In this document: positions 28,581 to 36,740 of the stretch, piece after piece
Layout: the number at the start of each line of letters is the position of its first letter
Numbering within the stretch: position 1 is the first letter of the stretch
Assembly (NCBI GenBank): GCA_022844165.1
Contig: JALHMH010000002.1
Location: forward strand, 128,001 to 192,000
DNA: 64,000 nt
Direction of reading: 5' to 3'
Source of the DNA: Lysobacterales bacterium
GTDB taxonomy: Bacteria > Pseudomonadota > Gammaproteobacteria > Xanthomonadales > SZUA-5
Position numbers and translations under genes: made by a program
The notes under the pieces: generated by a model
What the model saw: the letters and a program-made list of their open reading frames with translations, nothing else
Told to the model about the DNA's origin: nothing
Databases searched by the model: none

Positions 28581-30034
28581 GTCGTCTCCACAGGTTGTTG
28601 TTCGGAGACCGGACCGGCGAGCGCATCAATGCGCTGCCGGTATCGGCCCAAGATCAAGCCACGGCGCAGCCGGCCATTTGCCGTCGATTCGCCATTCGCT
28701 AAACTGAAAGACTCGTCGGCCATCAACCAGAGGTGTGCGCGAGCGTAGTCCGGCAGGCCGGCATTGACGCTGGACACGGCGCGCTCGATCGCCGTCGGAC
28801 TTGCGCCTGAACGCGGCACGATGACTGCGACGTTCGCACTGCGCGCCTCGCCATCGACGAAGGCTTGCTCAATGGCTGGATGAGCCGCGAGTTCGCTTTC
28901 GATCCACTCGGGCGAAACGTTGCGCCCAAACGCTGTGATAAAGCGGTTGCCGCGGCGTCCAGTCAGATGAAGAAATCCATCCGCATCGATCCAGCCCAGA
29001 TCACCGGTGGCGTACCTTGTGCCCGGCACTGCGCTACTGCCAACGTACCCCAGGAAGTGCGGTCCGATCGCAACGATCTCGCCGTCCTCCACGTTCAACT
29101 GGATATGCTGTAACGCGCGACCGACGCTGCCTGTTCGCCTGGCTTCGGGAACGTTCAAGCTCAGGACGGATGCGCACTCGCTCAGCCCATAACCCTCGAA
29201 CAGCGGAATTCCGTGCGCCTGCGCGCGCGCCAGCAGCGGCATGCCGACCCGTGCACCGCCGATGGCACAAAAGCGCAGTGAGGACGGCAAACGCGCGCCA
29301 GCGTCGAGCGCATCGAGCCAGACTCGCAGCATCTGAGGCACCAGGATCAGACTCTCCGGGGCATGACGGTCGATGCAGTTGGCCAGCATCACGCCGTCGA
29401 TCGCAGCGCCGCCGCGCAAGCCCACTTCTTCCAGAGGCGGCAGCAGGACCTCGGCGCCCGCCATGAGTCCGGCGGCGATGCCAGCGACTGATTCCAACAA
29501 TACGCTTTGCGGCAAAAGCGCCAGATGCCGAACCGGCCGCTGTTCGCCGAGTGCAGCGATGATGCTCTGAGCCACGAGATCAAGATGGTTGCCGGATAGA
29601 CAAACGCCTTTCGGTGAGCCCGTGCTGCCCGAGGTGTAGGTGATCGCGGCCGTCGACAAAGGCAATATGCGCGGGCGATGCGCAATGCGGCGCAAACGCA
29701 ATCCAAGGCTCAGTTCAATCTCGCCTTCCAGGCCGATCAGCGCATCGATCCCAGCGTCGGCCAATGCATGTCCGCGTTGTGAAGCGCTAAAAAAGCCCGG
29801 TAATTGCAGGAAGACAACACTGGCTCGGCGACACGCAAGCTCCAACACCGTGCCGGCGACGCCGTTGTCCAGCGTTGCTGCTGCGCGGCGTACGGCGTGG
29901 CGCAAAAGGGCATCGGCCAGCGTGTCTGCCGCCGCCAGTATCTGCCCGGCGTTGAGACTGTGTGTCCCGTCGGACAACCGTGCGCGGGTCTGGTCGCTTC
30001 TGGCGTTCGCCAGGGCGTCGAGAACCAGGCTCAT
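28577..30034 (-). CDS. AMP-binding (ANL family) adenylate-forming enzyme
   Basis: TYTSGSTGSPKG, EGYGLSE, TGDLG, GRNVSPEWIE; start MSLVLD overlaps the upstream stop (ATGA). Confidence 0.92.
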   Translation of the reverse strand: MSLVLDALANARSDQTRARLSDGTHSLNAGQILAAADTLADALLRHAVRRAAATLDNGVAGTVLELACRRASVVFLQLPGFFSASQRGHALADAGIDALIGLEGEIELSLGLRLRRIAHRPRILPLSTAAITYTSGSTGSPKGVCLSGNHLDLVAQSIIAALGEQRPVRHLALLPQSVLLESVAGIAAGLMAGAEVLLPPLEEVGLRGGAAIDGVMLANCIDRHAPESLILVPQMLRVWLDALDAGARLPSSLRFCAIGGARVGMPLLARAQAHGIPLFEGYGLSECASVLSLNVPEARRTGSVGRALQHIQLNVEDGEIVAIGPHFLGYVGSSAVPGTRYATGDLGWIDADGFLHLTGRRGNRFITAFGRNVSPEWIESELAAHPAIEQAFVDGEARSANVAVIVPRSGASPTAIERAVSSVNAGLPDYARAHLWLMADESFSLANGESTANGRLRRGLILGRYRQRIDALAGPVSEQQPVETT

Positions 30035-30600
30035 ATCCGGGTCCCTTTCGACCACGCCAAAGGGCCACCCATCACCCAGGGATCGTCGTCGTAATAACAT
30101 CCCCAGGAACCCGGCTCGGCGATGCATTGGGCGCGCGCGACAGCGAGCGGCAATGGCTGGAGACCGAGTCGCACCAGGAGCTCTCGCAAGGACTTTGTCG
30201 CGGTGAACGCCAGCCAATCGAGATTTCGATCCGCCAGGTGCTTCAGCAATGACGGGATCAGCCGGCGGCCGCAGCCGCGGCTGATGCCGCTGAAATGACC
30301 TATTTCGACGATGTGCCGGCGTTCGACCCCTAAGCCGAAGCGACTGCTGAGCAGATCTTCGATCGGTTCGCTCAAATACTGTTCGAGAAACAACGGTGCG
30401 CTGGCCGCTTCGCGGAATCCGAGGCAGGAGACAATCGCGCCAGTGGCGCTGGTGCCGACCATCAGGTTCGGCATGAGTTCGCGAATGTCGGCAGAAAATG
30501 CGGCTGCGAAACGTTCGCGGACGAACGACTCTGCGCTGCCGCGCATCGGGTCGTTCTCACCGATCAGTCGCACTTGAGGTACTTGCAGGCTGCCGTCCAT
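30031..30600 (-). CDS. 'Thermostable hemolysin' (delta-VPH) family protein
   Basis: FAAAFSADIRELMP, PLFLEQYL, IVEIGHF, WLAFTAT, WGCYYDDDP. Confidence 0.88.
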   Translation of the reverse strand: MDGSLQVPQVRLIGENDPMRGSAESFVRERFAAAFSADIRELMPNLMVGTSATGAIVSCLGFREAASAPLFLEQYLSEPIEDLLSSRFGLGVERRHIVEIGHFSGISRGCGRRLIPSLLKHLADRNLDWLAFTATKSLRELLVRLGLQPLPLAVARAQCIAEPGSWGCYYDDDPWVMGGPLAWSKGTRI

Positions 30601-30646
30601 CGTCCACCGTATCGTGAAAGCACGATGGAGAAGCTAAGCGGTATGT

Positions 30647-30662
30647 CTTAAGCGAGGCTTAG
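30647..30662. promoter_or_regulatory. Putative QseB/PmrA-type direct-repeat box
   Basis: CTTAAG-CGAGG-CTTAG with 11-bp period, about 50 bp upstream of the operon start. Confidence 0.55.
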
Positions 30663-30732
30663 CCGGGACTTGAAAAAACGCTAAGGCCTAACGGAAATTC
30701 AAGAAAAAACTAACGAACAAGCTGGCTGCGGT

Positions 30733-32028
30733 TCAGAGCGCAACAACACGGCCGCGCGCGATGACCGCCATCACACGTTTCAGTACGGCAAGGTCCTCGA
30801 CAGGGTCACCGCTGAGCGCAACCAAATCCGCGGATTTGCCCGCCTCGATGGTACCGATCTCGTGGCTCAGTCCAAGCAAATCCGCCGCGTTAATTGTCGC
30901 CGCGATCAGTGCTTCCCTGGCGGTCATCCCATGTTTGACCATCAGTTCAAACTCATCGGCGTTGCGACCATGCAGGCTGACGCCAGCGTCTGTGCCAAAG
31001 GCGATCTTGACGCCGGCGCCGTGCGCGCGGCGTAGTGCGTTGCCGGTAATCGAAATTCGCCACTCGATCTTTTTCTTCACGGCTGGCGAGTAGGCATCGG
31101 GGTTGGCAGCCAGCCGCTCCAAATAGCCATTGATCGTCGAGAGCGTGGGAACGTAGTAAGCGCCCGACTCGCGGAAGAGCTTCAGTCCGTCATCGTTGAG
31201 CAAAGTGCCGTGTTCAATGGAATCTGCGCCGAGTTTCAGCGCCAGATTAATCCCGTCATGGCCATGCGCGTGCACCGCGACTTTTTTCTCGTAAAGATGC
31301 GCCGTTTCGATAATCGCCCGCGCTTCGTCTTCGAACATCTGTGCGCCCAGACCCAGGCCGATTCGGCTATTGACGCCGCCTGTGGTTGCAAACTTAATCA
31401 GATCGACGCCCCGAGCAACTTGTAAGCGTACCGCCTGACGGCAGGCATCTGCGCCATCGCAAAGATTGCCGTCATCGTTCAGTGCCTCCCGCAAATCGCT
31501 GCGAAATCCCAGGGCCGAATCCATATGGCCGGCGGTGGCCGAAATGGAACGGCCTGCATCGAGAATGCGTGGCCCCATCACTTTGCCAGCGGAGATTGCA
31601 TCTCGCAGGGCCAGTGTAACGCCGTCTGCGTCGCCCAGATTGCGCACGGTCGTGAAGCCGGCCCGCAGCGTCTTGTGGCCGTTCATCAGCGCGTCGAACG
31701 CCTTCGCGGGTGGACTTAGCGTGAGCTGTTCCAACTGCGCCTCGATCCCGGCGCGATCGCTGTCCAGATGTACATGGCAGTCGATCAATCCTGGCAGGAC
31801 CGTCAGCTTGGACCAGTCGACGAGAACCGAATCGTTCGCCAGGTCGGTTTCGCCCGGCGCCACGAATCCAGGCCGGACTTCGCGTACGCGCCCATCGTCG
31901 ATCAAGATCGTCACGCGTTCGGATGGCGCCTGATCCATCCGCGCATACAAACGGCCCGCGTGAACGACGGCATCTTGAGCTGCGGCGCCGGTCGCGAAAA
32001 CCAGAGCCAAAAACGACAGCGATCTCAT
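30733..32028 (-). CDS. Exported metal-dependent amidohydrolase (Xaa-Pro dipeptidase-like)
   Basis: Signal peptide; LPGLIDCHVH, GFTTVRNLG, VAVHAHG, SIEHG, FGTDAG. Confidence 0.92.
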   Translation of the reverse strand: MRSLSFLALVFATGAAAQDAVVHAGRLYARMDQAPSERVTILIDDGRVREVRPGFVAPGETDLANDSVLVDWSKLTVLPGLIDCHVHLDSDRAGIEAQLEQLTLSPPAKAFDALMNGHKTLRAGFTTVRNLGDADGVTLALRDAISAGKVMGPRILDAGRSISATAGHMDSALGFRSDLREALNDDGNLCDGADACRQAVRLQVARGVDLIKFATTGGVNSRIGLGLGAQMFEDEARAIIETAHLYEKKVAVHAHGHDGINLALKLGADSIEHGTLLNDDGLKLFRESGAYYVPTLSTINGYLERLAANPDAYSPAVKKKIEWRISITGNALRRAHGAGVKIAFGTDAGVSLHGRNADEFELMVKHGMTAREALIAATINAADLLGLSHEIGTIEAGKSADLVALSGDPVEDLAVLKRVMAVIARGRVVAL

Positions 32029-32118
32029 TTCTGTCTCCACGCGACGCGAGTGAGCCTCGATCATCGCACCACGTCGATGCAGCGCCAAGCGCACGAGGCT
32101 TTACACAGTGTGCGCGCC

Positions 32119-32151
32119 AAAAAAGAAAACCCGGCACCTGGCCGGGTTCTC
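32119..32151 (-). terminator. Rho-independent terminator of the OmpA gene
   Basis: Minus strand GAACCCGGC-CAGGT-GCCGGGTTTTCTTTTTT. Confidence 0.85.
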
Positions 32152-32174
32152 TCCACGTCCCGAAACAGCAACGA

Positions 32175-33167
32175 TTACTGCACGTTCAGATCCGTGCGGC
32201 GATTGCGCGCACGGCCTTCGGCGGTGTCGTTGGTGTCGATCGGACGCGATTCGCCGTAGCCGTTGACCGCCGAAATCTTGGCGTCAGAGACGCCTTTGCC
32301 GGTCAGATACTCGGCGACCACTTTGGCGCGGCATTCGGACAGACGCTGGTTGTAGGCGTCGGTTCCGACCGAATCGGTGTGACCGGCCACTTCCACGCGA
32401 ATCGCGTTGCCGTTCAGTACGCGCACCGCTTCGTCAAGGATCGCGATCGCGTCGGAACGCAACGTGCACTTGTCGAAGTCGAAGTTCACGCCGTTCAGCG
32501 TGATCGATACCGGCAGCTGTGCCGGCGGTTCTTCCGGCGGCGGCGGCGGGGGCGGCGGCGGTGGCGGCGGTGGCGGGGCCGGCGGCGGCGGAGGATCGGC
32601 TGCGATACCGCCGAAGTAATGCGAGAAGCCGACCGTCAACGTGGTATCCCAGAACTCAAGATTGTCGTCGAGATCGGTGTACTTCTTGGCGATTTCCAAT
32701 CGTACGGCGCCACTGTCGGTCACGTCCCATTCGATACCGGCAATCGGACCGATCGACGTGCCGCTTTCATCGATATCGAAACGACTGTTGCCGGCGAAGT
32801 CGCCTTCGGCGTCGGCATAACCTGCGGCAATGCCGAGGTACGGATGTACCGCCGTCTCGGTATCGAACAGATAGCGCAGCGCCACCGAGATGGTGGTTTG
32901 CTTCCAGTTGTAGAAGTCGAATTCGTTGACATCGTCCTCGAATTCGTTATGCGCCACTTCGCCTTCGATGGTCCAGTTGTCCTTGAACACATATCCAGCG
33001 CCGAGCGCCACGGCCAGGCCATCTTCCGAATTGCGTTCGCCGTCCGGCTTACCGAAGCCGACTTTTGGCGATACGTACCACTGTCCTGCCTCTCGCGGCG
33101 CCGCGGAGGCGCTGAGTGGAAGGGCAACGGCTACCGCGAGTGCGGTCACAAGTAGCGTCTTCTTCAT
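32175..33167 (-). CDS. OmpA-family outer membrane protein with polyproline linker
   Basis: MKKTLL signal with AAGGAG RBS; beta-barrel; poly-Pro; VNFDFDK, GHTDSVG, YNQRLSECRA, NRR. Confidence 0.95.
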   Translation of the reverse strand: MKKTLLVTALAVAVALPLSASAAPREAGQWYVSPKVGFGKPDGERNSEDGLAVALGAGYVFKDNWTIEGEVAHNEFEDDVNEFDFYNWKQTTISVALRYLFDTETAVHPYLGIAAGYADAEGDFAGNSRFDIDESGTSIGPIAGIEWDVTDSGAVRLEIAKKYTDLDDNLEFWDTTLTVGFSHYFGGIAADPPPPPAPPPPPPPPPPPPPPEEPPAQLPVSITLNGVNFDFDKCTLRSDAIAILDEAVRVLNGNAIRVEVAGHTDSVGTDAYNQRLSECRAKVVAEYLTGKGVSDAKISAVNGYGESRPIDTNDTAEGRARNRRTDLNVQ

Positions 33168-33401
33168 GCTGTAGCTCCTTTGAGTTATCTCGATGCACTT
33201 TCGGCGCATACGGGAGTCATCCCACATGGCGCCACATCAAGGGCGAGAGGATTATGCCCCATTAGTATGAATCGTTAGTGGCTGATGAACACAGGCATTG
33301 TCCGACGGATTGCAAAAACACGTGAATGCGGCGGTTCTGCCAACAGGCACAGGCCGCAAAGAACCGATAAACTCCGGTGAGACTGGGAGTGAAGGCCCAA
33401 C

Positions 33402-33869
33402 ATGTACTGTACCCATACCGATCACGCGCATGACCACCGCTCAATGATGACGCGCGTGGAACTGGCCTGCGCCGAACGTGGTCTCAGATTCACCGATCTG
33501 CGTCGGCGCGTCTTTGAGCTGATTGTCGACAGCCAGAAGCCGGTAAAGGCCTACGATCTGCTCGAGCATGTGCGACGCCATGGGACCGGCCCGGCCGCGC
33601 CACCGACGGTTTATCGGGCACTGGATTTTCTGGTCACGCACGGGTTTGTGCATAAGCTCGAAGCGCTCAATGCCTTTGTGCCGTGCCCTCACCCGGATGC
33701 CGGGCATGGGGCAGGCCAGTTTCTCATTTGCGAGCGTTGCCATTCGGTGGTCGAGTTCGATGCCGATGTATTGGCCGATCGGATCGTGCTCCAGGCGCAA
33801 GCGCAGGGCTTTGCGGTGCGTCGCCATGTCGTTGAGGTCTACGGATTATGCGCAGCTTGCCGATCTTAG
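33402..33869 (+). CDS. zur: Zinc uptake regulator (Fur family)
   Basis: His-rich N-terminus, KAYDLL, APPTVYRALDFL, CERC and CAAC. Confidence 0.88.
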   Translation: MYCTHTDHAHDHRSMMTRVELACAERGLRFTDLRRRVFELIVDSQKPVKAYDLLEHVRRHGTGPAAPPTVYRALDFLVTHGFVHKLEALNAFVPCPHPDAGHGAGQFLICERCHSVVEFDADVLADRIVLQAQAQGFAVRRHVVEVYGLCAACRS

Positions 33870-35125
33870 CCCTGGCAATGTGTAGCGCTCTTTTTGCGCA
33901 AACGCCGCAACCGGATACGGTCGAATCGGCAACGCCGGCCGCCCAGACGACTCCAGCAACCGTAATAGATCCAGCGCCAGCGGCGCCGATCGATCCGGAG
34001 AGTCCATCTTCGGCTGTGCCGCTGCCGCCGGTCTGGGGCGCTATCGAGCTGTTGGGTTCAAGCATCGAGCCCGGCCAGCGGCAACGATTGTCATGGAGCA
34101 GCGGCTCGACTTTCACTGGCGAGCCGATGGCGACGCCGGTCAATGTCCTGCACGGCACCAATCCGGGAAAGGTGCTGTGTTTGACCGGTGGGGTGCATGG
34201 CGATGAGTTGAACGGCGTCGAGGTGATACGCCGCGTGGCGGCGATGCTCGATCCGACGGAACTCAACGGCACACTGATCGCGGTGCCGATCGTGAATATG
34301 GCCGGCTTTGCTCGCGGCTCGCGGTATTTGCCCGATCGCCGCGATCTCAATCGGTTCTTCCCTGGAAATCCGAATGGCAGCAGCGCATCGCGCATCGCCT
34401 TTGATTTTTACCAGCAAATCGTGCGACGGTGCGATGCACTGGTCGACTTTCACACCGGCTCCTTCGAGCGTAGCAACTTGCCACAAGTGCGCGGCGACAT
34501 GCGCATTCCGGCCGTCGTCGATCTGACGCGTCTGTTTGGCGCAACAGCCGTGCTGCATACGCCCGGTGCGACCGGCATGTTGCGCCGCGCCGCAACCGAT
34601 CACGGCATTCCCGCAGTGACCTTCGAATTGGGCGCGCCGATCCGACTTGAGCCGGTGGAAATCGAGCATGGCGTCACTGCGATCGAAACTCTGATGAACA
34701 ACCTCGGCATGACCGCCAGCGTCCGCATGTGGCGCGAGCCGCAGCCCATCTTCTACGAGTCGCGCTGGGTGCGGGCCATTGCCTCCGGGATGCTGTTTGC
34801 CGATGTCCGACTCGGCGACCGCGTGCGCGCCGGGCAGCGACTCGGTCGGATCGTCAATCCGGTCAACGACCGCAGCATTGAGCTCAGTTCGCCGGTGCGC
34901 GGACGCGTACTCGGAATGGCACTGAATCAGGTGGTGCTGCCGGGATTTGCGGCCTTTCACATCGGCGAAGAAGCTTCCGAAGCCGAACTGATTCGCGACG
35001 CGAGGGTCGAGCCTGAACCGGCGAGCGAAGAGCTTGAACGCATGGACGAAGGCTCTGAGGGCGTCGGCGATAGTGTCGAAGGATCGACCGAGCAAGTGGA
35101 TGCGGCGGGCGATCCTGGGGGATAA
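33848..35125 (+). CDS. Exported succinylglutamate desuccinylase/aspartoacylase (M14-like) protein
   Basis: Signal peptide; GVHGDELNG, RDLNRFFPG, VDFHTG, TFELG. Confidence 0.9.
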   Translation: MRSLPILALAMCSALFAQTPQPDTVESATPAAQTTPATVIDPAPAAPIDPESPSSAVPLPPVWGAIELLGSSIEPGQRQRLSWSSGSTFTGEPMATPVNVLHGTNPGKVLCLTGGVHGDELNGVEVIRRVAAMLDPTELNGTLIAVPIVNMAGFARGSRYLPDRRDLNRFFPGNPNGSSASRIAFDFYQQIVRRCDALVDFHTGSFERSNLPQVRGDMRIPAVVDLTRLFGATAVLHTPGATGMLRRAATDHGIPAVTFELGAPIRLEPVEIEHGVTAIETLMNNLGMTASVRMWREPQPIFYESRWVRAIASGMLFADVRLGDRVRAGQRLGRIVNPVNDRSIELSSPVRGRVLGMALNQVVLPGFAAFHIGEEASEAELIRDARVEPEPASEELERMDEGSEGVGDSVEGSTEQVDAAGDPGG

Positions 35126-35225
35126 CCTGTCGTTTCGCGAAGGCCGCAGTCGCCAAATCGTTGTGCGCAAGTCGTGCTCCGGTGCGCAGCCGCGCTCGTC
35201 GACAGACAATCCGTTGTGTGCGTCG

Positions 35226-35240
35226 CTGTATACGATTTCA
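35226..35240. promoter_or_regulatory. LacI-type operator upstream of the MFS-amylase operon
   Basis: CTGTATACGATTTCA; 14/15 identical to the reverse complement of 50977-50991. Confidence 0.75.
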
Positions 35241-35319
35241 GTGTCAGCCGCGTGACGCAGAAGTGCCGCGCAATAGCGGATGCTTGCGCCACTTTCGTGC
35301 ACGCTCGGGAGGCGGCGAA

Positions 35320-36702
35320 ATGAGAGACAAACCGATGCTGTCGTTTTGGCAGATCTGGAACATGTCGTTCGGATTCCTCGGCATCCAGTTCGGCTTTGCG
35401 TTGCAAGGCGGTTTTATGTCGCGCATTTTCCAGACGCTGGGCGCGGAGAAGGACGCGCTGCCTTTGCTTTGGATCGCCGCGCCGCTGACGGGTCTCCTGG
35501 TACAACCGATCATCGGTTACCTGTCGGATCGCACATGGCATCCGATCCTGGGTCGTCGACGGCCGTACTTTTTGATCGGCGCGATCCTGAGCTCTGCGGC
35601 GCTTCTGGTGATGCCGCACAGTCCAGCCCTATGGATGGCGGCCGGGCTGTTATGGGTCCTGGATGCTTCGATCAACATCAGCATGGAGCCATTCCGCGCG
35701 TTGGTCGCGGATAAGTTGCCGGAGAAGCAGCGCTCCTATGGTTTTGTGGTGCAAACCCTGATCATCGGTATCGGGACCTGGGTGGCCAGCAGCTTGCCGT
35801 GGTTGGTGACCTCCTTCGGTGTTTCGAACGAAGCCGGTCCGGGCGTCGTCCCAGATTCGGTCAAAGTGGCATTTGCGATCGGCGCAGGCGTGTTTTTATT
35901 CAGCATCCTGCTCACCATTTTGACCACAAGAGAGGATCCGCCAGAAGACCTGCAGCGCTTCGAAGAGGAAAAGCGCGGTGGTCGGCTGTGGGTCGACATC
36001 CTCAGCAATATTCGCCAGATGCCGGTGCAGATGGTCAATCTCGGTATCGTCCAGTTTTTCTCCTGGCTGGCATTTTTCAGTATGTGGAGCATGGCGACCC
36101 CGGGACTGACCGAACACGTTTTCCAGGCGCCCGCCCCGAATCCTGCGGGCTTCGATATGAACGTTGCTGCGCAAGCACAGGCCTTCACCGCAGCCAACCA
36201 GGCCTTCCAGAACGCAGCGGATCTGGTCGGTTCTTACATGGGCTATTACGGGTTGTCGTCGATGCTGGTGGCGCTGTTGTTGAGCTTTTATGCAGCGCAT
36301 TTTGTGCTGAATCGGCGCCTTATGCACTTCGTCTCCCTGATGCTGGGCGGCGTTGGCTTTTTGTCCATGGCCTTCGTGCCTGCGCCGAACTGGTTGATCG
36401 CCAGTTTCGCACTGGTGGGCGTTGCCTGGGCGAGCATTCTTTCGATGCCTTATGCGTTGCTTGCCAGCGCCATCGACCCGAAAAAAATGGGCGTGTACAT
36501 GGGCATCTTCAATATGTTTATTGTGATCCCGCAGATCGTTGCAGCCACGCTACTTGGCCCAGTGATTCGTGAGTTGTTCGACAATCACGCGATCTATGCG
36601 CTGATGTTGAGTGGTGCGAGTCTGATCATCGGTGCCTTGTGTCTGGTGCGCGTTGAAGAGCCACGAATCCTGGCGCCGAATTCGTTCGCTGCCAGTCACT
36701 GA
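35320..36702 (+). CDS. MFS sugar transporter (maltose/sucrose-type)
   Basis: LSFWQIWNMSFGFLGIQFG, QPIIGYLSDRTW, GRRRPY, GIFNMFIVIPQ; GGGAGG upstream. Confidence 0.93.
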   Translation: MRDKPMLSFWQIWNMSFGFLGIQFGFALQGGFMSRIFQTLGAEKDALPLLWIAAPLTGLLVQPIIGYLSDRTWHPILGRRRPYFLIGAILSSAALLVMPHSPALWMAAGLLWVLDASINISMEPFRALVADKLPEKQRSYGFVVQTLIIGIGTWVASSLPWLVTSFGVSNEAGPGVVPDSVKVAFAIGAGVFLFSILLTILTTREDPPEDLQRFEEEKRGGRLWVDILSNIRQMPVQMVNLGIVQFFSWLAFFSMWSMATPGLTEHVFQAPAPNPAGFDMNVAAQAQAFTAANQAFQNAADLVGSYMGYYGLSSMLVALLLSFYAAHFVLNRRLMHFVSLMLGGVGFLSMAFVPAPNWLIASFALVGVAWASILSMPYALLASAIDPKKMGVYMGIFNMFIVIPQIVAATLLGPVIRELFDNHAIYALMLSGASLIIGALCLVRVEEPRILAPNSFAASH

Positions 36703-36740
36703 TCGCACATGGAGTCAGGCATTTCGCGAAGGACGCTGGC

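Noticed and set aside
28577-30217. 546-aa long form of the AMP-binding ORF (likewise the extended starts of dctQ, TonB receptor, MFS, tolB, tolQ, pal, lspA)
   Set aside because: Extensions overlap neighbours or precede the signal peptide; downstream ATGs fit better.
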